A stretch of DNA of 64,000 nucleotides from Mobula hypostoma (taxonomy: Eukaryota). Every line of letters starts with the position of its first letter. Position 1 is the first letter of the stretch. The position numbers were made by a program, and so were the translations under genes. Below are positions 1-12,600 of this stretch, in pieces. The stretch covers positions 114,950,001 to 115,014,000 of the forward strand of contig NC_086107.1 of the NCBI RefSeq assembly GCF_963921235.1. Reading direction: 5' to 3'. Below the pieces are notes generated by a model. That model did not search any database. It was given only the letters and a program-made list of their open reading frames with translations, and was not told where the DNA came from.

Positions 1-632
1 GGTTTTATTAGTTATATTTAGAATAAAAGGGAGGGGAGGGTTGATATTGGACCACCGGAAAATGATGCTGGTGAGGTAGTAATGGGAGACAAAGAAATGG
101 CAGATGAACTTAAAAGTACTTCGCAGTAGTCTTCACTGTGAAAGACACTAGCAGTGTGCCAGAGGTCTGAGAGTGTCAGGGAGCAGGAGTGAGTGCCATT
201 GCTATTACAAAGGAAAAAGACCTAGGCAAACTCAAATGTCTTAAGGTGGATAAATCACCTGGACCAGATGGACTACATCCCAGAGTCTTGAGCATGATTG
301 CTGAAGAGATAACAGATGCATTGGCCATGTGTTGTCATTGGAGAGAGAGGTTCTTGAGGATGATTCCAAAAATGAAGGGTTAACAGATGAGGAGTGTTTG
401 GCAGCTTTGGGCCTGTACTCACTGGAATTTAGAAGGTGTGGGGATCTCATTGAAACCTACAGAATATTAAAAGGATTGGATAGGGTGGATGTGGACAGGA
501 TGTTTCTTATGGTGGAGGGTATTCAGAGCTGGATGACACAGCCTAAAAATTGAGGGGGTGGGGCATGTTATGGAACAGAGGTAAGGAGGAATTTTTTCAG
601 CCGAAGAGTGGTGAATCTGTGGAATGCTCTGC
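1..632 (+). mobile_element. CR1 LINE fragment, internally deleted
   Basis: [16 protein letters not shown] joined to [27 protein letters not shown] and FF..RVVNLWNALP. Confidence 0.9.
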
Positions 633-816
633 CAGAGCTGCTCCCTCTCCATCCTCCTCCCACTGCGTGCCCTCCCTTCTGCCAGCCCACCTCCTCCCTG
701 CCGAGCGGCATCCTCTTCAGTACTTCCCTCCCGCGGAGCTCCCCCTCTTCTTGCTGTTCCTCCCACCCTGCCCCTCCCGCGGAGCTCCCGCCCCATTGCA
801 GTGCTCTCTTCCTCAC

Positions 817-930
817 CTTTGCGGGGTTTTCCCAGGTGATGTTGCCGGTGATGTTGAAGACGGGATGCTCTTTGTATCTCAGTAGTTGGATGGTGCAGAG
901 GAATAAGTCACAAACAGTTTTATTGCATTT
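817..930 (-). CDS. ITGAM-like: integrin alpha exon 27 ([38 protein letters not shown])
   Basis: C....C..F.C.I ... F.I.GN calf-2 motif; ctcag/gtgagg. Confidence 0.92.
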
Positions 931-1696
931 CTGAGGGCGAGGGGATGGAAAGAAGAAGAAAAGTAAGAAGAGAGGAAATGGGAATGAGGACAATTTACAA
1001 TGACCAATTAACCTACTAACTGCTATGTCTTTGGACTGTGGGAGGAAACCAGAGCATCTGGAGGAAACCCGTACAAACTCCTTACAGGCAGCGACGGGAG
1101 TTGAACCCAAGTGGCTGGTACTGTGAATCGCTGTGCCAACCCCTATGATACCATGCATTACTGACGCATTGTGAAATTTGTTGTTTCACTACAATTCGCA
1201 AGTTTTAGAAGTATGTAGTTAGCGCAGAAGGGGAATAGCGAGGTACTGTTCACGGGTTCTTGGGTTGTTCAGAAATCTGATGGTAGATGGCAAGATGCTA
1301 TTCCTCATATGTACAGTGATGGAATGGGAGGGTGAGAGGTTGGGAAAGAGGGAGAGGAGAGAGGTGGGGTATGGAGGGTTGGGGAGAGGGGTAATAGAAG
1401 TGGGAAAATGAGGATAGAGCAAGGTGAGAGAGATAGGCAAGGAGGCAAGGAAGGGGATGCGAGTGGTGATGGGGAGACTCTGATTGTTTCCTGTACAGTG
1501 TAGGGGAAGAGAAGGTGATGGAGTTAGAGAGAGAAAGGTGGGAGTCATGCATTTGAAAGTTAGGAATGGAGGGATGATGAGGGAGGAGAGAGATGTGGTG
1601 CGAGGGAGGGAGAGACAAAGGGAGGAGTGGTAGAGGAAAGGAAGGAGAGAAGAGACTGGGGGTGAGGTGGGGGGAGGGGTGAGGAGGGAGTGGGGG

Positions 1697-1739
<43 letters not shown>

Positions 1740-4700
1740 AGGGAGGAAGAGAGAAGGGTTCAGTGATGTACTTCGTACCTGTCCAATCCTCTGTGTCTTG
1801 TCTGGTGTCCAGTCTAGCTGTTGGCAAGGTTTGACTCCATGCTGGGGGACAGGGGAGAGGATGTGAATGCACTTTAATGCCTTTCCCTCCCCACTCTTAC
1901 ACACACACACACGCGTGCACACACACACACACAAACTCTAGGCCTCTCCCATCCATCCCTCTCCCACACTGCCAGTGTAGGTCCTTCTCCCTCTCCCAGT
2001 GCAGGTATATCTCTCTTTCTCTTCTCCCTCCTCCTCCTCCTCCTTCACTCCTCTCCCCCTCTCCTTCCTTCCCTCTTTATCAGCCCCACCCTTCAACCCT
2101 CCACCTCTGCCCTCGACCCAGTCTCCTCACCCAGGATGTCTCCAGTTTCACGTTCTCCCAGCTCAGTCCGTGCATGATTCTCATGGGGATTAAGAAGCTG
2201 ATGTTCACGGGAAGACTCCGTTGATCAATGTTCTCCACCTGATGAGGCCCCACACGTCTGTCAGCGACCAGCACTTCTCCTCCGTTCCTTCCCCGTCCAT
2301 CTCCCACCCCTACCTCTCCTCTCGCTTCCTCCCCTTCACTTCTCCACTCCCCCTTTCCCTTCTCCTCCCTTCCCCACCTCCCCTCCTCCATAGACCATCC
2401 GTTCCTTTTCCCCTTCTCCTCCTCCTCACCCCCTCAGCCTCACCCTCATCCTCCCTCCCGCCACACCTGTTTCCCCCCTCCCGTCCCCTTCTTCCCGGTC
2501 ACTCCCTCTCCATTTTCTCCTTGTTCCCTACCTCCCGTGCCCCCGATTGGCCAAGCTCCCCCTGCACCCCCCCCCCAGAAATGAGGCCTCAACTGACAGG
2601 CCTCACCGACCAACATGTCTGACTGACTCCGTGCTCCAGCTTCCCGTCACTGCAACGGTCAGATTCACGGCCCTGTGCAGGGCAGCTTAGCGGGCCGCGT
2701 TGCCACGGCTCGGGTACCAGGTACTTGCTGTTGCTACGCGGAGTCGCTCAACCTTGTTACCAAGTGCTGTAGAGTACTGCGAATTACAAAGGCTAGTTAC
2801 TAGACTTCTCACACAGCCCCGGTTGTTCCTATGGTGACTTAAAAGGCTTCTCGCAGACTTAGTTGCTACTATGCTGAGCTGCCTGCGGCATCAGCGAGGG
2901 CAGAACTACAGACATGGGGAGTACTTACCCTGTAAGCGTGAGATATGGTCTTAGAGTCCTCTGCAGTGGTGGTGAAGTTAACGTGCTGAGTGGACTGAAT
3001 GCTGATGGGGAACAGGCAGTGTTACCGTACGGAATATCCCAGTATTCCCCCTGCCCCCCCCTCCCCGGGACATCAGATAGACCATTCTCTTTAGCCCCCC
3101 CCCCCCAAGGACCGGGCACCGGACACAACATCTTTCCACACACTTCCCCTCCCCTCCCCCGGGACCGGGCATCGGACATGCCGTTTTCTTGCCCCACCCA
3201 CACACCGGGACCAGGCATCGGATACACTGGCCTCTCCTCTCCCCGGCCCCAGCACCGGGTGTCGGACAAACCGCATTCTCCCCCCGACCCCTGTCTGGGA
3301 CCGGGTGTCGGACAAACAGCATTCTTCCCCCGGCCCTTGTCTGGGACTGGGTGTTGGACAAACAGCACTCTCCCCCGACCCCTGTCTGGGACCGGGTGTC
3401 GGACAAACAGCGTTCTTCCCCCGGCCCCTGTCTGGGACCGGGTGTCGGACAAACAACACTCTCCCCCGACCCCTGTCTGGGACCGGGTGTCGGACAAACA
3501 GCATTCTTCCCCCGGACCCCGTCTGGGACTGGGTGTTGGACACCGCCCCACCCGGAACCACGTGTCAGATATTCACCCCTTGACGATCACGTTGACCTCA
3601 TATTTCACACCAACTCTCATCTCCTTGAAGCTGTCCTTTGTGTCACGGGCCTCATTATCACTGAGGAGGAAAGCAATGCGAGAGAGAGTGACATTATTCA
3701 CCATATGAATACATTTGTCATGTGATTTCCCGCCTCACCGCTCTCCGGTAGATATCAGGCACGCACCATGCTCTGTGAGTTTAAAAAAAGCTTGCTTTGA
3801 ACTTTTCACCTTTCAGTTTAAAGGCACACCCTCTCTTTGCAATTTCCACTCTGTCGACCCTAACTCAGCCTCTCGTAATCTTATAAACTTCTATCGGGTC
3901 TCCCTTCAGTTTCAGCCGCTCCAGAGAAAACAGCCCGGGTTTGTATGACCCTTTACTTGTAGGACTTTTCTCTTTGGAGCGTGCTGCATAAAGTGGAGGC
4001 TGACTGAGGGGAGAGCCAGCACATTTCCCCCAGAGTAGGAATGGCCAATACTGGAGGATATCCAGTTCGGGAAAGTGGAGGAAAATCAGAGGTAGAATTA
4101 GTTTTCACAGAAGCTGGTGGGTTGTGTGGATCACTGCTAGGGTTAGTGGTAGAGGCAGCTACGGTACGGACGTTTAAGATACTCTTAAGGTAGGCACAGG
4201 AATGAGAGAAAACTACAGTTCTATCTTATAATGTAAGTCTGTGATGATAAACCTGATTCTGATTGGGAAGTCGCCTTCATCTGTTCCAAACAGCAGAGGT
4301 CCCAGAACGGAGAGAATGAGATTCCTGGACTGGGAGCTCAGCCAGGAGGGGAAGGGGAGAGCGGGATGTGCAGCAGGGGGAAGAAGGTGCCGCTCCTTGT
4401 TACCTGGAAGCGTTGGCGCTGATCGTCACCGTGTCCTCCCACGAGGCCTTGGAGTTTACGTCGAAGGTGGTTTGGAACTTCACCTGCGCCAGGAGAATGG
4501 AATCGGTTTATTATTGGTACATGTGTCGAGAGACAGTGAAAAGCTCGTCGTGCAGACTGTTCGTACAGATCAGATCATTGCGTCAGCGCGTTGAGGTAGT
4601 AACGCCAACAGAACGCAGAGTGAAGTGTTACAGTTTCAGGGAGAGCGCAGGCAGTAAGGTGCAGGGCCACGGCGCTACGCTGCGAGGTCGGGAGCCCGCC

Positions 4701-7700
4701 CTATTGTACAAGAGAACAGTTCGGTGGTCTTTTAACAGCGGGTCAGTTGTCCATGGGCGTGGTGGTGCGTGCTTTCAGGTTGTTGCATCTTCTGCCAGAC
4801 TATGGGGTGTTCGGGCGAGTGGGCGGGAGAAGAAAGAATTGGTAAATCGGTATATTATTGTCCCACGTAATGAGGGTACAGTGAAAGACCAGCCTTGCAT
4901 GCCGTTCATGGGAGGGCGACGGGAGCAACGTGTGAAACTGTAGCCGATGGGGTCGGTTTCTTCCCCCCCACCCTGCCTTCTATAACCCTCGCCGGTATCT
5001 CTGGTGGGTGGAGTGAAAGGGCGAGGGGAGAGAGATAGCGAGGCAGTGAGTGGGAAAGATTGGGAGGTAGGGTGGGAGAGGGAGAGGGAGAGGGAGAGGG
5101 AGAGGGCAGTCCAGTACACCCCACCCTGTCAGATATCGCGATGTACTCCTCCCCCGCCCACGTACACCTCACCCGTTATGGAGCCTCCAGTGGACAGGGT
5201 CGCAGGAAGCCGCAGAGGGCTTCATCATGAGCACAGCCTTCCCCGTTGAGGGTGATAGAAGGCACACCAGCGGATGCACTTCGTTAGTCTTCTGCTCCGT
5301 CACCAAAGACGCCAGCAAGTTTCTACAGTGCACCATGGGGAGCTTTCTGACTGGTCGCACCAGCGTTTGGTCCGGAGGCGCCAATGCTCAGGATCGCAAG
5401 AGGCTGCAGGGTTGCCAGCTCCATCACAGGCACTAGCCTCCCCACCGCTGAGGACATTTCCAAAAGGCAGTGCCTCAGGAAGGTGGAATTCCCCAACCCC
5501 ACGACCCAGGACACGCCCTCTTCTCATTGCTACCATCAGGGAGGAGGTACAGGAGCCTAAAGACGCACACTCGATGATTCAGGAACACCTTCTCTGCACC
5601 AGCAGTGAGTATGGAACGGTCCACGAACCCATGAGCACCACGATATTACTCTGTTCCACTGTTTAATCAATCAATCAATCAATCAATTAATTAATTAATC
5701 CGGCCCTTCGAGTCACGCTTTCCACTAATCCCCGGATTTAAACCCAGCCTAGGCAGGGTTTCAGATTTCAGGATCATTGGGACCTCTTCTGGGGCAGGTG
5801 GGACCTGTACAAGAGAGACGGGTTACACTTGAACTACAAAGGGACCAATATCCTTTCAGGGAGGTTTGTTAGTGCTATTGGGGAGGCTTTAAAATAAATT
5901 TGCAGGGGGATGGGAACCAGAGTGCCAGAGCTGACAGTGTGGCTGGGGTGAAAATAAATGATATTAAAAGTCCAAGCAAATTCGCTAATAGAAAGGTTGT
6001 GAGTGGTGGTAAAAATCTCCTGAGGTGTATATATTTCAATGCTAGGAGTATTGCGGGGAAGGCGGATGAGTTGAGGGCGTGGATGGACACGTGGAATTAT
6101 GACGTTATAGCCATTAGTGAAAGTTGGCTACAGGAGGGGCAGGACTGGCAGCTTAATATTCCAGGGTTCCGATGTTTCAGATGTGATCGAGGCAGAAGAA
6201 TGAAAGGTGGGGGAGTAGCATTGCTTGTTAGGGAAAATATTACAGCAGTGCTCAGGCAGGGCAGATTAGAGGGCTTGTCTACTGAGTCCCTGTGGGTGGA
6301 GCTGAGAAACAGGAAAGGTATGGCCACATTAGTGGGGTTGTATTACAGACCACCCAATAGTCAGCGAGAATTGGAGGAGTAAATCTGCAGAGAGATAGCA
6401 GGCAACTGCAGGAAACATAAAGTTGTGTTGGTAGGGGATTTTAGTTTTCCACATATTGATTGGGACTCCCATACTGTTAGGGGTCTAGATGGGTTATGGT
6501 TTGTAAAATGTGTTCAGGAAAGTTTTCTAAATCAATATATAGAGGTACCAACGAGAGAGGATGCGACATTAGATCTCCTATTAGGAAACGAGTTAGGACA
6601 AGTGACGGAAATGTGTGTAGGGGAGCACTTTGGTTCCAGAGATCGTAACACCATTAGTTTCAACTTCATCATGGATGAAGATAGATCTGGTCCTAGGGTT
6701 GAGGTTCAAAACTGGAAGAAGGTCAAATTTGAAGAAATGAGAAAGAATCTAAAAAGCGTGGATTGGGACAGGTTGTCCTCTGGCAAGGATGTGATCGATA
6801 AGTGGGAAGCCTTCAAAGGAGAAATTTTGAGAGTGCAGAGCTTGTATGTTCCTGTTAGGATTAAAGGCAAAGCGAATAGGAATAAGGAACACACATAAAA
6901 GTTGCTGGTGAACGCAGCAGGCCAGGCAGCATCTCTAGGAAGACGTGCAGTCGACGTTTCAGGCAGAGACCCTTCGTCAGGACTAACTGAAGGAAGAGTG
7001 AAGGAATAAGGAACCTTGGTTCTCAAGGGATATTGCAACTCTGATAAAGAAGAGGGAGTTGTATGAAATGTATAGGAAACAGAGAGTAAATCAGGTGCTT
7101 GAGGAGTATAAAAAATGCAAGAAAATACTTAAGAAGGAAATCAGGAGGGCTAAAAGAAGACATGAGGTTGCCTTGGCAGTCAAAGTGAAGGATAATCCAA
7201 AGAGCTTTTACAGGTATATTAAGAGTTAAAGGATTGTAAGGGATAAAATTGGTCCTCTTGAAGATCAGAGTGGTCGGCTATGTGCGGAACCAAAAGAAAT
7301 GGGGGAGATCTTAAATGGGGTTTTTTTGCGTCTGTATTTACTAAGAAAACTGGCATGAAGTCTGTGGAATTAAGGGAAACAAGTAGTGAGATCATGGAAA
7401 CTGTACAGATTGAATAGAAAGAGGTGCTTGCTACCTTGAGGCAAATTAAAGTGGATAAATCCCCAGGACCTGACAGGGTATTCCCTCGGACCTTGAAGGA
7501 GACTAGTGTTGAAATTGCAGGGGCCCTGGCAGATATTTTAAAATGTTGGTGCCTACGGGTGAGGTGCCAGAGGATTGGAGAATGGCTCATGTTGTTCCGT
7601 TGTTCAAAAAAGGATCGAAAAGTAATCCGGGAAATTATAGGCTGGTAAATTTGACGTCGGTAGTGGGTAAGTTATTGGAAGGAGTACTAAGAGACAGAAT

Positions 7701-9597
7701 CTGCAAGCATTTGGATAGACAGGGACTTATTAGGGAGAGTCAACATGGCTTTGTGCATGGTCAGTCATGTGTGACCAGTCTATTGGAGTTTTTCGAGGAG
7801 GTTACCAGGAAAGTGGATGAAGGGAAGGCAGTGGATATTGTCTACATGGATTTCAGTAAGGCCTTTGACAAGGTCCCGCATGGGAGGTTAGTTAGGAAAA
7901 TTCAGTCACTAGGTATACATGGAGAGGTGGTAAATTGGATAAGACATTGGCTCAATGGAAAAACCAAAGAGTGGTAGTAGAGGATTGCTTCTCAGAGTGG
8001 AGGCCTGTGACTAGTGGTGTGCCACAGGGATCAGTGCTGGGTCCATTGTTATTTGTCATCTATATCAATGATCTGGATAATAACGTGGTAAATTGGATCA
8101 GCAAATTTGCTGATGATACAAAGATTGGAGGTGTATGGACAGCGAGGAAGGTCTTCAGAGCCTGCTGAGGGATTTGGACCAGCTGGGAAAATGGGCTGAA
8201 AAATGGCAGATGGAGTTTAATACAGACAAGTATGAGGTATTGCACTTTGGAAGGACCAACCAAGGTAGAACATACAGGGTTAATGGTAAGGCACTGAGGA
8301 GTGCAGTAGAACAGAGGGATCTGGGAATACAGATACAAAATTCCCTAAAAGTGGCGTCACAGGTAGATAAGGTCGTAAAGAGAGCTTTTGGTACATTGGT
8401 CTTTATTAATCAAAGTATTGAGTATAAGAGCTGGAATGTTATGGTGAGGTTGTATAAGGCATTGGTGAGGCCGAATCTGGAGTATTGTGTTCAGTTTTGG
8501 TCACCAAATTACAGGAAGCATACTAATATGGTTGAAAGAGTGCAGAGAAGGTTTACAAGGATGTTGCCGGGACTTGAGAAACTCCGTTACAGAGAAAGGT
8601 TGAATAGGTTAGGACTTTATTCCCTGGAGCGTAGAAGAATGAGGGGAGATTTGATAGAGGTATATAAAATTATGATGGGTATAGATAGAGTGAATGCAAG
8701 CAGGCTTTTTCCACTGAGGCAAGGAGAGGAAAAAAACCAGAGGACATGGGTTAAGGGTGAGGGGGGAAAAGTTTAAAGGGAACATTAGTGGGGGCTTCTT
8801 CACACAGAGAGTGGTGGGAATATGGAATGAGCTGCCAGACGAGGTGGTAAATGCGGGTTCTTTTTTAACATTTAAGAATAAATTGGACAGATACATGGAT
8901 GGGAGGCGTATGGAGGGATATGGTCCGTGTGCAGGTCAGTGGGACTAGGCAGAAAATGGTTCGGCACAGCCAAGAAGGGCCAAAAGGTCTGTTTCTGTGC
9001 TGTAGTTTTTCTATGGTTTCTAATCATGGTAAAATTTACAATAAGCAATCAACCTACCAACCTGTAGGCGTTTGGAATGTGGGAGGAAACCAGTGCGCTC
9101 GGAGGAAACCCACACTGTCACAGGGAGATCATACAAACTCCTGACAAGCAGCGGCTGGAGCTGAACTCAGGACGTCTGTTCTGTAAGGCGATGTCTGAAC
9201 CGCTATGCTACCACGCCGCGCAGCTTCTTTTTGTAACTGATAGACATTTTAAATAATTCTTGCACTGCTACCACATATCAACAAGATTGGGGGCTGCCGT
9301 TCCCGCGGTCCGAAGGCCTATCCGACAGTCCCAACTCCTCCCCACCACATACACGCTACTCCACCCCCATTCCGCACACACCACGCCACAAGCCCTGGAC
9401 TCACCATGTTGTTGGTCCGGAAGACGGGTTGGCTAACCTGGCAGTGCATGTTTCGGAAAACCGAGGTGGGTTCCTCCTTGGCATCCTCGCACTTGACAGT
9501 TGAACGGCGGCTGGACTGAAAGGAGGAAGATATTGGGTGTGGCGGAGACAAAAGAAAGGGGAGAGTGGCTTACACGGTACTTGGGGCCTGGGTTCTG

Positions 9598-9663
<66 letters not shown>

Positions 9664-12600
9664 GGGGTGGGGGTGCGCACGGTGAAGCAAACCACAGTGA
9701 ATTGTCGTCTTAAGGTCCTTGCAGAGCCGAAACAGGCTCTTCAGCCCGTCTATTCCTTGCTGACCCGATCTCCTGCCTACTCCCACTGACCTGTGCTTAG
9801 AATAGAGCCCTTCATATCGTTCTCATCGATGTACCTATCCAAATTTCTCTTGAATTTTGCAACTGAACCCCCACTCCCCATCCACCATTTCCACTGGCAG
9901 CTCATTATTCACTTTCACCATGCTCTCAGTGAAGAAAATACCCTCTCAGATCCCCCTTAAATATTTCAACATTCACCCTAAATTAGTGACCTGTAGTTCT
10001 ACTCTCACCCAAACCTGAGGGGAAAAGCTAGCTTACGTTTACCCTTTTTATACCTTATTATTATGTACAACTCTTTAAGATTCCTCCTCATTCTTCTTCA
10101 CTCCAGAGAATGAAATCTTAACTTATTCAGCCTTTTCTTATAACTCAGGTCCTCAAGTCCTTTGACAATATTCGTGTGAAACTTTCCTGCTCTCTTTCAA
10201 GATTATTGATAGCTTTCCTGTAGGTACTGGCCAGAACTACACACAATACTCCCAATTCGGCCTCAGCCAACGTCTTGTAAAACTTCAACACAACATATCA
10301 CAACATTGAGTTCCTGTACTCAATGCCCTGATTTGGGACGGCCAATGTGCCGACAGTTTTCTTTATGACCCCATTAACACAGAAACAGGGACTTCAGTTC
10401 ATCGGGTCTGTGCCAGCCTGGTCTTCTGTCTAGTCCCATTTACCTGCATATCACTCCAATCCCTTCCCATCCATGCATCTATCCAAATTTCTCTTACATG
10501 TTGCAATGAAGCCGCAACCATAGCTTCTCCCGGCAGCTCGTTCCACGCTTGCACCACCCTGCTCGTTCCCCTTTAAACATTTCACCTTTCACCCTTAACC
10601 CATCACCTCTAGTTTCACATAACCCGAGCCGGGGTCTTGAGGGGGTGTGCAGGAAGCGGGGTGGGCGGCTTGTGGTCTGACCACCCTCCCTCCGGACGCG
10701 CAGAACCACAACCATACCTGGATGATCATGGTCTTTCTGAAGGAGATTCCACGCGGTATCAGGAAGGTGACCATGGTGAAGTAGGAGTCCTCCCCGGCGT
10801 TCACCAGCGTGACGTCGAGAGTGAGGGTGGTGTGACTGCCCACCACGAGGTACTGCGTCCTGCGGGGAGGGTGAGAGGGACTTAAAGAGTCGAGCAGCAG
10901 TGTAGGGGAGGGAGAGGGTCACAAAGATGGTGGGGGAATAGAAGAAGGGAGGAGGGGGAGGGGAGCTTTGGGGATTGGGTGGGACGGAGTAGGCGAGATG
11001 AGTGCAGGGAAGAGGATGTAATGAAGAGGCGATGTGGAGGGGAAGAGGTGGGAGTGTAGGGGAGGGGAGGTATACAGAAGATGGAGGTGTCACTGAGACT
11101 AGCAGGGTGCAGGGGATTTTGTAGATGGAGAGGGGTATAGGGAAGGGAGGGGTTAGTCGAGGAGGGATGGGAGGTATTCAGTTGGAAGGAGAGGGGAGGG
11201 GATTACAGTGAGGAGGGGAAGGGGACTGCAGGGGTTTGGAAAGCTGGAGGGGAGCAGCGTTCCAACCTACCAGCCATTGCTCCGAGCAGAATTTTTTACA
11301 CGGTCTGAAAACTGCGTGGCACTTTAAATGTTTGGTTATTTTTTGTAATATATATATATATATATATATATACAAAAAGTACCTAGAGTATAAATTGACA
11401 TATTACATACGTTTGATGTTATTTATTAATTAAGGGTACAATGAAATGGCGTATTTCAACATTAACGTTGCCTAAACTTCGGCAGGCGCTCAGTGGGCCT
11501 CCGGTTTATTAACAACGAGCTACTGACTTCCATTCTGTGTTTATTGTTACAATTTATAACAATGCCGTAACTTGAAACACTGACAGCGTAAGTATGTTGA
11601 AGTTCTCAAATGCTTCAAAGCAAAGGTTGTGGTGCGTTTATTGTTTCGAAACTTTATATTCATTAACTTATAATTAAATACAGGGCATTTAACAGTAATA
11701 TTAAAGTAGATTTCAAAATTAGATTAGGATAATTTCAAAATTATATTAACATGTAAACATTCCAACTGAGCATTTCAGGTAATGTGCGGCCATGCACCCG
11801 TCTAGCCTGGAGGGAACAGTGGGAGAGGTTTGGAGGGAGGTGGTTGGGAGGAGGGAAGGGGGCTTGGCGGGGAGGGGGGGTGGGGGTGGAATTTCCTTAC
11901 CCGGAAAGGCTGAAGTCCACCTTCAGTTTGTCGGTACATACGTTGTCGGACCCACACTCCTTCTCGAACGGTAACTGTATGAAGGTACACCTCAGTTCTT
12001 TGACCTCAGGACCCCTACCTTGCTCCCAGTTCCCAACCTCTCCTCCTTGTCTCCGTCCCGACCTCTCCCCGTCTGTCCTCCTCCCATCTCTCCCTCTCCC
12101 TGTCTTCATTCTCATTTTCCCCTCTCCCCTCCCCGATCCTTCCCCTTCCCCACTTCTCGCTCCACGAACCTCCCCTCCCCCCTCTCTCCACCCCAACCCC
12201 CAGCCCCTGTTCCCCGCCGTCTCCCTGCACTCACCTTGCCGGTCCAGGTCCCGGTGTTGCCGGTACTGAGGACAGGCGCTGGTAGGGAACCAGAACCAAT
12301 GCCAACGGCTGTGTAAGATGTTTCCAAAATAATGGGGTTGAAAGTGTCCTGGATACAGTTCTGTGGAGAAAGTGCGGAGAGAGGGGGGAATGAGAGAGAG
12401 AGGAAGGAGTGGGGGTTAGATGAAAGGGAGAGAGGTGGAGACAGAGGAGAAGGTGGGAGGGTGGAAGGATGAGAGTTGTTGAGGGGAGGTGGAGAGTGAT
12501 GGAGATAGCGGGTGGTATTGTGGAACAAAATTAAATTTTGTTGTCAAGCTTGCGAGCTAAGTATTACCCAAGATTTACGTCAGAAGGATGACAGGATAAG

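Larger units (their letters stand above)
5752..9020 (+). mobile_element. Near-complete CR1 LINE (ORF1 3' end plus ORF2 APE endonuclease/RT), inactivated
   Basis: DGLHLN esterase-type ORF1 end; [62 protein letters not shown]; stop at 6380-6382 and frameshifts; ttctat tail. Confidence 0.95.

Noticed and set aside
5900..8948. Active LINE ORF2
   Set aside because: In-frame stops, frameshifts and a 111-bp insertion
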